Positions 1-13,639 of a DNA stretch of 56,302 bases are shown piece after piece; the first letter of the stretch is position 1, and the number at the start of each line of letters is the position of its first letter. The stretch is from Lama guanicoe (lineage: Eukaryota). The stretch spans positions 240,669-296,970 of the forward strand of contig MU053347.1 in assembly GCA_013239625.1 (NCBI GenBank), in the 5' to 3' direction. A model generated the notes under the pieces. The model made no database searches. It was given only the letters and a program-made list of their open reading frames with translations, and was not told the origin of the DNA. The position numbers were made by a program, and so were the translations under genes.

Positions 1-195
1 GGGGGATATTGATGGGAATACAATCATAGTTGGAGATTTTAACACTGCATTAACATCACTAGACAGATCTTCCAGACAGAAAATAAACAAGGCAACAGAG
101 AAATTAAATACTACAATAGAAAAACTAGATTTGGTGGATATTTTCAGAGCTTTACACCCCCAAAAAATAGAATATACATTCAAGTGCACATGAAA
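1..195 (+). mobile_element. L1 ORF2 endonuclease-domain fragment, cut abruptly at its 3' side
   Basis: Translates as DIDGNTIIVGDFNTALTSLDRSSRQKINKATEKLNTTIEKLDLVDIFRALHPQKIEYTF; GDFNT is the L1 APE-type endonuclease motif. Confidence 0.92.
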
Positions 196-1399
196 GGTAT
201 TTTTAGATTTTTACTCCCAAGACATTAAAATGCAAGATTCTGAATAATGACTGAAATAACCCAGGTACCTCCATCCACAGAGTTCATCCTTTCCAGTTTC
301 CAGGAATGGGGTGTGCATAGCAAAATGCTCACAACTATAGAGGAACTTCCGTTTGCTTCAAATTCCTATTTGCATCCTTTGACAAAAACCTTAGGACATC
401 CATTCTCCTCCATGAATTTTGGCTAGTTTGCAACCATTTTATATATGCCCAGGTTCTGAATAAAGTCCAGTTTGTAACAAGATCATTATTACACAGCTAT
501 GTGAGAAAATCGTCATGACTTGCTGCAAGAATTTCTCATCCTGTTGTCGATTACAGTTGTTTTGGACCAACTGTGAGGATTTTCTTTGGTGAGTTGAGAT
601 CAGAGAGCCATGTGAATTGCCTCAATCAGCTATGGGATTGAGCTAAGGGAACAGCAGAGCAGCCACCCTGAAACCATCCCGGCCCCAGTTTCCTCATCCG
701 CAGGGTGGGACTACTAGAGAAACCATTTCAAAGTTTCCAGGAGTCAGTGGTTGTCATGGCAAGAAATGTCTTGATCTGTATCATCTGTGGTTTGCTCATG
801 GTTTCACTGCTGGAAAGGAACTCAGTTCTCTAGACAAACTGTCTGCTGCTGTGTCCGTCTCGGCACCAGGGGGAACCTCCTGCTCACAGCTTTCCGAGGT
901 GTCTGAGGTGTCCATCACTGACTTTAGCTAAAGGGTTAACCTTGAACACTGGATGCCTGAATTATCCGTGCAGGCAAAAAGGTACCTGAAACAGTGCCAC
1001 GTCATGCTGCATTTTCCTTCCCTGTGCTCGCTACTCCCATGCTGAGCTCAAAGAAGGCTCCTAACTAAGGGTTCTTTGCGTAGATTTGGATGATGGAAGT
1101 CACTCCTGCCAGTTACACAAGCCTGCAGCCGGTGCATGCTGACGGCCTAGCCTGTTAGGTGCTTTGAGAAGAGAGCTCTCTAGGGGTCAGTCTTTCCTCA
1201 GTTTTACCAAAGAGCAGATTGACTGTAACCTGGATGGAGAAGGGGCCCTGATGAAGCCGTCTTTCAAACCACAGAGGAACTTTATTCTATGCCTAGAATT
1301 TGGGGAAGGGATGGGAAACCAGTGACGGCTTCACACTTCCGGGAGAATGAAAAGCAATACAACCTTTGTGGAAGGCAATCAGTCAACATATGTCAGTTA

Positions 1400-1950
1400 G
1401 AACAGCTGTTTTTTGTTTGTGTTTTTTAATATGCAAGTGACAGAAAGCATGACTGGTAGGCTTTAGCTGATAAATGTGTTTGATAATCCAAGTGGGGGCA
1501 GGTTTGGTACAGGAGCTCAGCGATGTATCAAAACCCAGTGATGTCATCAAAACCCAGTGAGGTCATCAGGGACTCAGCTCCTTCTTTTCAGGGTGCCAAC
1601 TGCAGTGTGGTTCTTGGGCTGGGCATTAAGGATTTCATCTCCACTGTTACATGAAATGGCAGCAGGAGAGGGGCTTGCCTTCATCAGGGCACTCCCAGCA
1701 ATACTCTGTTTATAGCTCATTTGGCTCATTGGCTGGGTCCTGGGCTCCCCACCCACCCTCACCCCATTTTAAGAGCGCCAGAGAAAGCACATCTCTGACA
1801 GAGGAGATGAGATTGTCATGATTGGCTTAGACCTGTTGTAACTCAGCCCTTAGAGTGGGGTGTGTTGTTGCACCAAACAAAACTGAGATTTTTTGTCAGC
1901 AAGGAAGAAAGGGGAGGGTTTGTTGCATGGTCGCCAACTGTGCCTGCCAC
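1400..1950. mobile_element. Old MaLR (MLT1-like) LTR relic, boundaries approximate
   Basis: Recalled MLT1-like motifs (ctcattggctgg, gattggcttagacc); degenerate. Confidence 0.4.
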
Positions 1951-1959
1951 GACTTAACA

Positions 1960-3110
1960 TGTGCATGTCCTTTGACCCAGTCTTCCCAGCTCTAAAAATT
2001 TATCCAGAAACATATCATGGATCAAACAAGGTTTTAACTCCAAAGATGGTCAAGGTGATGATTTTTAATCACTGCAAAGCCTACGTGTTCAATGAAAAGG
2101 GATTGTTCGTATAAATGATGGTGTACCAACACGATAAAATATTATTAAGCCATGAAAAATAATTTAGAAGACTATTTCTAACAAGGAAAACATTCATGGT
2201 ATGATATTAAGTGAAAAAAACCAGATTACAAAACTCTGTATTCCACAAGGGGTCCAAATGGGTAGAAGATATCCATATCTATTTTTCCTAGAAGGATAAA
2301 CAGCCAGAAGTGCATTTATTTTCTTTAACCTTGTTCTCTGAATTGTTGAAATAGTATGTGATGAACCTGTTCTACGTTTTATCTCAACTTTTTATTTTGA
2401 AAAATTTGAAACCTGCAGAAAAAGTTGTAGTTTCAAGACAAGTGTAACAAACACCAATTGTTACCACTGACCCCGCTTTTCGTCTCTCTGTACAAATACA
2501 TGGGTAATATATGTACATATCTTGCTGAGTCATTTGAGGACTAATTGGAACAAAGGCATTCTCCTATACAAGCAAAATACAGTCATCACATTTGAAAAAT
2601 TTTTGTATCAATGCAAAATGTTTTTCTAATATACAGCCCACATTCAGATTTCCACACTTGCCTCAATAATGCCCTTTACAACTATTTTTATTGTTGTCCC
2701 GGGACCCAGTCAAGGATTATGTGGTGCATTTCATTGTCTTGGTCACAACCATTGCCCAGTTATTTGTTTGTTCACATGACATTGATGATCTAGACCAGTA
2801 CACCAGCATCCCTCAATTAGAGTTTACCTGATTGTTTCCTCATGACAAAATTCAGGTTAGCATTTGTGAAAGGAGATTAATCAATGCTGGACCGTTCTCA
2901 GTCACCAGGTGGGACACTGCCAGTCTCCCTCATTATTGGTGCATTAATTATGTCATTTGATTAAGATGGAGTCCACCAGATTTATCCACTGTGAACATAC
3001 TTTTCCCTCTGTCCAGTGATTAATTTGAAAGATGACACCCTGAGACTGCATAGTTCTTATTTACCAACCATCTTTTACCCAATGATTCTAGCATCTGCCC
3101 AAATAATTTC
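1960..3110. mobile_element. Ancient L1M (L1MC/ME-like) 3' fragments in both orientations
   Basis: Degenerate L1 3'-UTR-like text (gatattaagtgaaaaaa, ttttattttgaaaaatttgaaacctgcagaaaaagttg). Confidence 0.5.
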
Positions 3111-3742
3111 TTTACTATGTTGGCTGCAAATAAATTACTTACTGTTGAAATGAGAAAATGATAACCATTTTAAGAAAGAATCTTTATTACATCTGGACAA
3201 ATTGTGAGTGTTTTACCTAAAGCCTTCTCCCTCATAAAATCTACTTCACTGTAAAAATTCCGATTATAAAAGTAACACCACAGATATTTGAGAGTACAGA
3301 AATGTAAAATGTAGAGAAAAAAATTCAGGAGTTCCAGTGACTAAGAAAACCATCAGCTTACTAGACCTTCCTAACTTGTTGATGGCAAAGTTACTCTCCC
3401 TGAGACATTCAGATGAGGATCCCATGAGCTTATTAAGAAATGTTCTACAACAATATAAAAAATGAGGAATCACCATTTTGTCTTTCTCCTTAACTGGATA
3501 AATTATTTACTTACAAAATTTAGCATACTTGGAAAGAACAACATGATAGCACAATTTTTTTCTACTTTATAAACTTCTGATAAATATAGTTTTTGATTGT
3601 TTTTATACGATTACAAAAGCATTTCTACCATAATGTAATTAACACATCTCTCACTTCATGGAATATTTAAATTGTATCAGAATTTGATCTGTTGTAAATA
3701 ACAGAAGAATAGCTTTGCACAAAGTGTTTTTGTTTCTGTATT

Positions 3743-4049
3743 AAAAAATTTTTTTTAATTGAAGTACAGTCAGTTACAATGTATTGATTTCTGGTGTACA
3801 GCATCATGTCCCAGTCATGTATATATATACACATATATTCATTTTCATATCTCTTTCATTAAAGGTAATTACAAGGTATTGAATACAGTTCCCTGTGCTG
3901 TACAGCAGAAACTTGTTTTTTAATCTATTTTCATATATGGTGGTTAACCTTTGCAAATCTCAAACTCCCAAATTTATCCCTTCCAACCCTCTTTCCCCCA
4001 TTAATCATAAAATTGTTTACTATGTCTGCGAATCTGTTTCTGTTTTGTA
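3743..4049 (-). mobile_element. 5'-truncated lineage-specific L1 3' end
   Basis: Poly-T start (ttttttttaattgaagtacagtcagttacaat). Flanked by an imperfect TSD, tgtttctgtatt (3731-3742) and tgtttctatatt (4050-4061). Confidence 0.8.
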
Positions 4050-4534
4050 TGTTTCTATATTTCATATTCTTTGGCAATTTATGGATTCTTACTGAGTTAG
4101 CATGCAACTTCACTGAGTAATTATCTAAAATATCCCTATTTGGGACCCAAGATGTTTTTTTCCATTCTCCTGAAATGTGGACTCAGTTTGGTTTTCTCTG
4201 GACACCACTTATTTTCCCACTTCAGACCTTAAAGAGGTGAGAGCTCTAGGAAGTGTCCCCATCATGACTGAATAGCCTCCCCTTGCACCGTCTGGTCTAC
4301 CCATCACTCCACATGTGCAGAGACCACTCTTCTGTTTCCTTTTGCACATTTCTCAAGTATTAAACCTGGCTTCTTGGCAAGTACGTATGACTACTGTCCC
4401 AGCATGGTGAACCCTTGCTGGATATTGTTCAGCAAACAAACAATCTGGGGAGAAAATGCCCACAATTTGGATATTTCAGAACACCAAATTAAATCCATTT
4501 GCTTCTAGAGGAATGCTGACTAACAAAATTTTCT

Positions 4535-4730
4535 AGATCACAGAACTGTTCTGTATCTGTGCTGTCCAATATGGTAGCCACCAGCCACCTGTGGTTATTG
4601 AACACTTGAAATGTACCTACTATAACTAAGGAACTAAATTTTAAATTTAACTTACTTTAGATTAATTTAAATTTAAGAGCCACATGGGGCTAGTTAGTGG
4701 TTTCTGTGTGGGACAGCCCATATCTAGAGG
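4535..4730. mobile_element. hAT-Charlie MITE (MER3-like)
   Basis: gctgtccaatatggtagccac...ggacagc termini and an internal palindromic arrangement typical of MER3. Confidence 0.7.
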
Positions 4731-4786
4731 GTAAACCCAGAAATATGTGGATATCTAAACCGATCTCTTTGCCTCTTTCTTGTTAG

Positions 4787-4840
4787 GGAAGTTCTAACAT
4801 TGATGGACCTCACAGGGGAACTGGAAGTGTTGGCCCTCAG
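4787..4840 (+). CDS. COL6A4: COL6A4-like triple-helix exon, 54 bp: GSSNIDGPHRGTGSVGPQ
   Basis: tttcttgttAG acceptor and GTaggt donor; two Gly positions are replaced (Asn, Arg). Confidence 0.85.
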
Positions 4841-4957
4841 GTAGGTATAGCCACTTGTTGGATGTATTTTATCTGCTTTTGTGGGAGAGAGAGAGAGGCT
4901 GGGGTGAAAATTGGCTTGTTTCCTTCTCTAAGGTCTCCACTTTCCTTCTATCCTTAG

Positions 4958-4993
4958 GGTCCAAGAGGAAGACAAGGTCTGCCAGGATTGAAG
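4958..4993 (+). CDS. COL6A4: Triple-helix exon, 36 bp: GPRGRQGLPGLK
   Basis: Pyrimidine tract plus AG, GTcagt donor, perfect Gly-X-Y. Confidence 0.92.
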
Positions 4994-7900
4994 GTCAGTG
5001 TTTTCTGGAAAGAGTTACTTCTTATTCCACACATATGGCTTCTGTAAATAGTTCTGTCTGGGGTCAAGGCAGGTGTTGGTTGGGCTGATGGAGGCTGCGT
5101 GATCCCTGAGAGGTTTCCATGGAGAAGGGAAAGTTTATATGGTTCCTCTCTGCTCCCTCCCCAACCTGCTGTAACAGTTCATCTAGACTGAAAATAAGCT
5201 AACATCTTAAATAATTGCTTTTACCTCTGAAATAGTGACTTTTTTGTTTAAAGAAGTGGGACTTACTACAGGTATATAAGGGGGTCTCATAGTCACTAAA
5301 TAAAGAGAAAAGACCAAGCGGTTACAATTTCCGAAGAAGGGTTGGTGGGTGTTATCTGAGGGTGGGGTGGGGCATCTCTGTAGGGGAATCATATTTTACA
5401 AAGCATTTGTCTAGCACTTTATTTATATGACCTCATGTAACCTTTCTACAACCCCAGGAGTTATGAGCATCATTGGTTACTTTTTATGGATAAGAGAGGA
5501 AATAAAGGTTTAGCAAAGTGAAGTTAGTTGTCAGAGACCACATAGCTAATAAGTAAGTGGTGGAGACAGGATTCAAATCCAAAGATCAAGATGCTCTTGG
5601 AAATTTTTGTTCAAAACGAGAGTTACGTGGACTCCTCTCTAATGTGGTTTGGTCCTGCTCTGCTGGTATTTTTTTCCCCCTAGCATTCTCAGGATTTAGG
5701 GGTGGAGGAGAGGTCAGAGACTGACTTATGTCATTTCTGAGCCTGGGAATGGCTGAGTGTATGTGTGTGTGTGTGTGTGATGGGTGGGCAGTGAAGCACA
5801 AAAGGAGACTCCTGTGTCTTCAAACTAAACATGTTGGAAAAGCATGGCTATTGAGAAATTTCAAGTCTCAAAAATGCAAACAAGCTTTGTTGACACCAAG
5901 TAAATACCAAAATATGACTTCTCGTAAAATGTTGAGGCTTGAAATAGATTCTTATGCTTTTAATTCAGTTTGAACATTTGTGAAATAATGTCTTGAACTA
6001 TCATTGTAGCCTATTGTTTTTTAGCCCCCAAAAGGCAGAAAGAAATAGACTACAACTTGACTAGGTTAAGTTTTGGACAAATTAAATGGCTCAGTGGAAA
6101 GAATTTCCTACTCTTGAATTATTTAATATTTTTGCAATCCTGTGTGTGGTTTATCTAACTAGCCATCAGCAGTGGGTCCTCTGCCCAGTTGGGTCTTGGT
6201 TATTTTTGGTTTGCTAAACTGAACTCCATCTCCTATGTCTTTCCTTTTTATTTAATTTGAACCAGAGCTCAGCCTGTGCATAAATTTAAAGTCAGATTGC
6301 TTACTCTTCTATTTCTTTGTTTTCCATTTTGAATGTTTTTCTATTGAATTCTTCTGATGGAGAACAAAGATTTTTCTTAACCTGTCCATCTCTTCCATAC
6401 ACACCTGTCCATCCATACACTTCCCCTCAATTCATCCTTATAATACACTTATTTTCTCTACTTTTGGTCAAATCAATTCATCATTCAGATGATGACTGAT
6501 AAACGTCACAAATAGCTGTAAGTGATATTTATCCGTCACTTTTGTATTCCTTGAGTCACCCTCTCTCCCGAGGTGCCTATTACTAGTTAATCATAAAGCT
6601 TTTCTACAAAACTGCTACCCTCCCAATATATTCTAACATGTGAGGTTTATTTTTCTTAGATTCCTCCTTCCTGAGCCCTCTGTCCTCCTGCTCTAATCTG
6701 GGCTGATTGCTCTCTGGGCCTCTGCACTGTTGTCTTCTAGGGACAGATTTTGAACAACAATCTTTCATTTTGGGAGCTGGGAAAAATGTGTGACCACGGC
6801 CATCTTTAATAGAAAACCTCTCCCTTTAATGCATCATAATCTTGATGAATCCCTCTACTTTTTGCTCTTTTCAAGAATCACTGTAGTTGTTTGTTGTTGT
6901 TTCTATTCAAGTTTGAGTTTTTAATAAGAGGAAAATTTATAATTACTTGCAGGTTCCAGAGTGAACTAGGTTTATCCAACAAGTCAGTGGTTTGCTAGTT
7001 AACCCAGTGTTGGAGCCGTGGTCATAGGACTCATTTAAGTTTTGAGGCTGTAACTTGCTAAAGATCAGTCAGTATTATTGGGAAAATGTGGCTTAAAGAG
7101 GTGCTGAACTCCAGATTACAGTATCCCTTGACCTTGGGAAAATATGGTTCATTATTGGGTATAAGTTAGATGTGCTGGCTTTTGCAAGGTGCATAATAAA
7201 ATGAAATTTTAAATAAGATTTTATTTATGGAAAAGATTGTACTATGGCAAACAAATCAATGCACAGATTATTTGGCAATAAGGGAAAACTTTTTGTTACT
7301 TAAGATAAAATTAAGAATATCATTAATTTTTTAAATGTGCACAAACCCACCGCCCTCCTGCAATTATTTTCCTGTTTGTATGTTTCCTTTATTTGCATAC
7401 ATAATAAAGAGCTGTTTTTAATGTATATACTAGTTTATATTCTGCTTTTCTATGTTTCCAAATCTTACTAGTATCACTTTAATGCATTATATTCTACTCT
7501 GTTGAAGAACAGTGATTTACTAAACCATTCTAATGTTGAACATTTAGATAATTTCTATTTGTTTAAATATGACAGTGATGAAAAGAAAAAGCTGTATTAC
7601 AGGGCTTTTGTTCTGTTCTTGCTTTATTGCTGTAATTATTTCCCTAGTATAAATGTGAAAGAGTCTGGCCTTTGCTGTACAGAGCCGCATCATTTTCCAA
7701 TCTATTGTACTACAAATGTCACTAATGTGATGAGCAAATTGGCCCACATCTTCCAAACAATTTGAAAATGTCTAGCTACATGCCTTTTAAAACGTGACTC
7801 ACACTTACAAATCTAGAAATCAACTCTTGAAGAATAGAACAATTTAACAGGAATGATTAGTAGAAGAGCTTCCCATTTATCTGAATGGTTTAAAAAACTT

Positions 7901-8633
7901 AAGAAGCACAAGTCATTGATCCACGTATTGATTCGTTCTGAGCTTAGGGTTTCTTGTCTTTGCAAATCTATNNNNNNNNNNNNNNNNNNNNNNNNNNNNN
8001 NNNNNNNNNNNNNNNNNNNNNNNNNNNNNNNNNNNNNNNATCCTCAATCTGGAATATGTATCTTCTCTGTAGAAATGGGATTATTAATTTGAGGGAGGAA
8101 TTAAATCAGTTACCAGATGAATTATTTTAATAGCTCACCCTGTGCCTAGCTCAGTGCTGTAAGAATCTGCAGGGTTTTAAAGCCAGTTTTCTGCTATTTC
8201 TTTGTGTGCTGTGTGTGCCTTTGTCCCCAAATGCCACACTTGCTGCTGTGCTTGACATTCTGAGTTTCCTCACAGGGGTTAAAGGCCCATAACACCAGGG
8301 ACCATCTAGCCCTTAAAAGGGATGGATGGGCTTTTATGAATTGTTATAATGTAAATTGGGAGTTTGGGTCATTTAAACACAGTGCTTTTATATTTAAACA
8401 ACTAGCTGTTTGGAAGGAGACTGGAAAGACAGTAAGAATTTCCTAAGCAAATAAGTGGGACCCCCTCCCCCACCTCCTCCCTGATTCTGTGTCCTAAGAG
8501 GACTGAGTGCAGACCTTCAGATCATTTTGCCTTTCTCTTGTGGCTTTCAAGTGACCTCTTGCAGGGAAGGCTGCCTTCAACAGGAACACTGAAGATGCCT
8601 GGAGAACTCATTGAGTTTTCTTCCTTTCTACAG

Positions 8634-8696
8634 GGTATGCATGGAGAATCTGGAGAACAAGGTTACCCAGGAGAGCTTGGCCATCCAGGCTTACAG
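8634..8696 (+). CDS. COL6A4: Triple-helix exon, 63 bp: GMHGESGEQGYPGELGHPGLQ
   Basis: ttcctttctacAG acceptor; weak GTtgta donor; perfect Gly-X-Y. Confidence 0.92.
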
Positions 8697-10484
8697 GTTG
8701 TATCAGTGAACTTACTTTTAGTGCTCAGCAATATTCGTTTGAAATTTTACCTTCTCTGATAGAAATTTAACATGTATTGGAATGTTCTTCAATGCTCCCT
8801 GCCAGGGCTTCCCTAAGCAAAATATGTAGCATCTTTTCTGGGGAGGTTAAACCCTGATGGCTAATATTTATTGAGCTTTTGTTGTGTCCTAGGTACAGCC
8901 CTAGGCACTTGTTTTAGCTCATTTAAGCCTTCAGTGGGGAGGTTTTATCATCCTCGTTTTAGAGGGGAGAAATGGTGGGGGAGGGGGGTGGGCTGGAGAA
9001 GTGAGGTAAACTGGCCAAGCTCGCACAGCTAGGAAGTGATGGAGGCCAGGTCCAGGCGCAGGCAGTCTAGTTATGAAGCCTGTGCTCTGAATTACTGCCT
9101 CTGAAGCTGTGAGTGCAAATTACTCAAATAGGATTTAATTCTTTAAAATTGGGATCAATTTGGCAGGAAAAATCAGCAGAGTGTTTACTGAGTAGCCAGT
9201 ATACACAGGGCACAAGGGCACTTTCAGGCTGGGTCATTTAGACAATGAAGGCCAGGGTCTCACCCTGAAGGATTCAGTCCATTGGGGCCTTGTAAACTAT
9301 GGAGTGATAACCAGAAATTAAACTTCCAACCAGTTCCTTTGAAATCTCCTAAGCATAACTCAAATCTGTCATTCTGTAAACCATTCTGGGACAATTTCTG
9401 CATTTTTTTATTAACCACATTATTTCCAAGTACCCTTAAAAGGAAAAACTTTGCAACAACAAATTTTACTAATGCATTGAATCGTTCTTCATAACTTTAA
9501 AAATCCTGTGAGTGTCAGATGGTCATTTAAGAAAGCTTCTGCTGCTTTGGCACTTGACAAAGGTACTGAAGAAAGAGCTGGGTCAAATCAGAGTGTAATT
9601 AGAGATGTGATTGTATTTATTTTATGGTAGAAAATAGCGTCCACAACCTAGAGGGAAAGAGCTGAGAGATACTTAGCGCTTTCCTCTTGAACACTGGCTC
9701 AATTCAAATTCAACTGTGGACCCCCCACCACTGTTGTGTCCTGGGCTTCTCCTTTGGGTTCACTTTATTGTATGGCTGAACACAGGAGAGTAAGTCATGT
9801 CGTGAACCATGACAAAATAATCGGTAAAAGCTCCCCTGGATTCTCACCTTCCCACTGTGGATGGTATGGGATGGTGATTAAAAAACCTCACCCAGGGATG
9901 GAGAAGCCCGGTCGATTTCCTTCACAGAGGAAAGCATCTCAGAAAAGTGGGAGAAAATGTAAAGTGGCAGAAAAAATTAGTAAAGTAAGTAAAGTAAAAT
10001 AGATCGGGGAGAAAATGAACACCCCCTAGCAAGGTGCAGAGTGAGCTTAGCCCACTTTTCCATGTGTTTGGGCTCTTGATAACATCTGAATGTGAACGCT
10101 TGTCCTTAGCCTTTATGTGGAGAAAGAAAAGGTTGATTTCTCAAAGGAGATCAATTTCCTGACAGCTTTTCTCATTCCCCTTTTAGGATTTAAAATTAGT
10201 TGGGTGAATTAAAACACGGAAGCAATTGTTAGTGTTTGTCAGATTCAGCTGGAGAGGAGGTTAAAAATATAGATACTGAGGACTCGTGTCCTGATGGAGG
10301 GAGTTTGGAGGGAGTGGGTGCTTCAGGGTGATGAGGCTGCTTGATTCAAGTGTGATGAATGAGATCATGGTGGGTCAGAGCACCTTCATTTGTGCCTCCA
10401 TCAGCATCCAAGATGGTCTTGTGGGTACATGGAAAAGAAAGCTCAATAAAAATTGGTTGAATTTAAATTTCATCTGTGGACCAG

Positions 10485-10547
10485 GGGCCAAGAGGAAGGC
10501 AAGGACCACCAGGAACTTTGGGAGAAAAAGGCTCACCGGGTGCTCAG
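10485..10547 (+). CDS. COL6A4: Triple-helix exon, 63 bp: GPRGRQGPPGTLGEKGSPGAQ
   Basis: ccAG acceptor with a poor pyrimidine tract; GTaggt donor; perfect Gly-X-Y. Confidence 0.9.
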
Positions 10548-11527
10548 GTAGGTTTGAGAGACTGACAGCTACAACATAGCTGCTCATTACCAAGGGCCGG
10601 TTCATGCACCTGTGTGTTCCTGGGCAAACAACATAAGGCTACCCCATTTGTTCTGGGATCTGTGGGCATCAGGAATTTCTAGAAAGAGCTGTTTCAAGGA
10701 AGTAGCCCTTGATCACAAGCTCCGTACCTACTCTAGGTGTTTGGGGGATACACTGACTAATGATATTGGGCTTGAGGCTCAAAGGTGTGTGACACAGGCT
10801 TATCCTTATGTAGAGTGCAAGAGAAAAACAGTAGTGTAAAGGGGCGTAAATGACTAACATCTTCCTCACAATCATATAAGGAAGCATTATTTGAAATCAC
10901 CCTACTTTTATAGAGATGAGGAAACTGAGGCTCAAAGAGATGAAATGACTTTTCATCTGGATCGTTTAAGTGGCTGGACTTGGCCTCCAACTCGGGTCTT
11001 TCTTTCTGGAGCCTGATGAGAGCCTCGCCCACTCGGTCTCCCAGGGCTTGTGGAAGGGTCAGATCAGATTGAGGCAGGCGATGAGGCGCGGCTTCCTACA
11101 GAAGGAGTATTTGAGAGAGCTTGAAACACCTGAGCAGAATGATGTAAGTCAGGGGTTAGAGTACCTGGAGACTCAAACAGCCGCTCCAAGAAGGCCTGAG
11201 CCACCTCTCTCTTGTTCGGGAAACATCTAGCCTCATAACCGATGGTATTGTTTTCATTCTCATTTGATCGTATTTTTAATTCAGAGTGACTAAAAGTCCA
11301 GGCATTTGTCTTCCTAATCTCTTAGCCAGATGGTGTTCTTCCCCTCTGGTAGCCAGATCCTCCCTCCCATTCTTGATATGTGGGAGAGGTGACTTCTTGC
11401 ACAGAACACACTGCTCCTCTGCCCCAAGCCCCCAGCTCAGAGGCTACATGTGTGTATGATGCACTTTGGAAGATGAAATTAATTGTCTAAAACATTACAG
11501 ATAATTTGGGTTGTGGTGTCATTACAG

Positions 11528-11590
11528 GGGAAAGCTGGGCTTCCAGGGCCTAATGGTTCCAAAGGAAAAGACGGACCAAGAGGAATGAAG
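11528..11590 (+). CDS. COL6A4: Triple-helix exon, 63 bp: GKAGLPGPNGSKGKDGPRGMK
   Basis: tacAG acceptor, GTaagt donor, perfect Gly-X-Y. Confidence 0.92.
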
Positions 11591-12123
11591 GTAAGTGTCA
11601 GAAAACACACCTTACCTTGACTGCAGCTTGGGGTCTCTTCTATGAATTATGAGATCATTTCTGGCATGAGTGTCTGATGTCATTGGTAATGATACTGACT
11701 GTCCATTACCTCACAGCTGGATAGGCGGATATAGACAAGGGAAGATGTATAGACAAGACATACAGAAAGATGGACAGATAGAGGGTTACATAGATTAGTA
11801 GACAAGGACACATCAATAGATAGATAAACATAAGGACTCAAATATAGAGTCATATACGCACCCCTAGAGAAAGCCATGTTAATGTGAAATTTTGTAACTG
11901 GCACTGCGTACCTGGGCTTGTTAATTTTCAGCACCAAAATCTTTCCTAGATTTGCTAGTTACCCGTATTTAACAAAGTCTAGAGGAAGATACTGACCTTA
12001 GACTGTAGGATCATGCCAATAGGACTTGAAAAGAGTGACTGCAACATATCCAAGGAAAATGACATAACATTGCATGAACTCACAGCAGAAAATTAATTTT
12101 GTGTTTACCTTTCATCATACAAG

Positions 12124-12186
12124 GGAGAACATGGTGTTCCAGGAGAAAGAGGACCACTGGGTCAACAAGGACCAAGAGGGCAACCT
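12124..12186 (+). CDS. COL6A4: Triple-helix exon, 63 bp: GEHGVPGERGPLGQQGPRGQP
   Basis: aAG acceptor, GTaagc donor, perfect Gly-X-Y. Confidence 0.92.
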
Positions 12187-13454
12187 GTAAGCCTTCAGTC
12201 TTTGTTTTGGATTCCTGATCGAATTTTTTGTTGTTTGTTCTTGCTTCACACAAAATTCTAATATTCTTGATGAATATTTGGGGTTACAAATATGTGACCA
12301 TCACTAGAGCTGTTGTGAATCCACTCAGTCCAGAGACTCCCAAACTCCTCAGATTAATAAAGAATCCAAAGATGCTTTGGAATTTATCCTGCCTTCTCGC
12401 ATGTTGTCGAAGAGGGAAGTTCCAAGGACCCTCTTCTCTTTGGAAGACCAAGATGTCTTAGGAGCATTTGAGCCTTTAGGAATACGGAAATGTTCAAGGA
12501 AACAATATTTTTCCCCCAGAGAAATAAATAAGACAGCCAATCAGAGTTGCAGACTTAAATTTTAAGAGTCTTTGGAGACCAAGGATGGTCTGCAGGCTAT
12601 GCATTTATACCTTAGTCATCTCTCCAAACACGAGAGTAAGTTAGTAATTTCGTGACTCTTTCCAATTTGCTGCCTCATGGGAATTAGCTTTATGATATGG
12701 CATAATGTTGTCTTTCCTGCAGCTCACATTTTGGAGATTTCTTTCATCAGGGAGGACCTGCTGTTGTTCCGCACTCAGCACTGAAATTGCATCTGTTGTT
12801 AGCAATGAGAGGAAACAAAAAACAGGCCTAAGAAACTTAAACTTTATTGTGGAAAGGGAAGGAAAAGAATGAAAGAATGGGATTACTATCAAGTGTGGCA
12901 AATAACGTTTAGCATCTATACTCAACTCAGATGATGACCTTAATACTGTTAAACTTTATAAAGAATCCTGATTTAAAACAATGCAAACTTTTGCATCCTG
13001 ACCTCTCCCTGGGCCAGACAAACTGAGCAGCAATGCCTTTCGTGAAGGCGTCACATCAGAGGGGACATCTCCAAAATGCTCAGTTTGGGCACCTGGGGCT
13101 GCCAGTGCTGGGGACACAGCATGTCCGTCTGCAGAGAGAAGCCGGAATAACAGCAACTGAATCTCATTTGCATCCTTTCCCCCCTGCAAATAATTTATTT
13201 TGGGCCATTTTCTTTATCTTGTTTTCTTTCTTTTCTAATAGTTCACATTTTCCACCTTAAGTTATAGCACTGATTTTTATGGCTTAAAATTTTTAAGTCT
13301 TTCTTCTCAGTTGATCTAATTGATATAGGTGCCATCTTTGTCCATTTGGTGAAAAATATCTCAAAGGTTTCTGAATTCACTCTTTATTATGGAATGCTTA
13401 CTGTCTGTATGTTCGGATGCTAAGATCCCAGCAGTATGATCAACGTTTTCATAA

Positions 13455-13605
13455 TTATGAACATCACCACATTGACTTCCCTCCCCACTGCCTCCACTGT
13501 CAACAACACCATCATCACCATCACCACTACCACCGTGAACCATCTGCACCTCCACCACCACCATCACCACCACCATTAACCCCCCACCAGCATCACTGTT
13601 ACTAC
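13455..13605 (+). repeat. Degenerate (CAC/CAT)n low-complexity tract
   Basis: Runs of caccaccatcatcaccaccac. Confidence 0.85.
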
Positions 13606-13639
13606 GGCCACTGTGAGCAGCAGAATCAGGGCCACTTAA

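Noticed and set aside
863..876. CTCF-like motif GCACCAGGGGGAAC
   Set aside because: Lacks the conserved 3' GC core; a single partial motif is not enough evidence.
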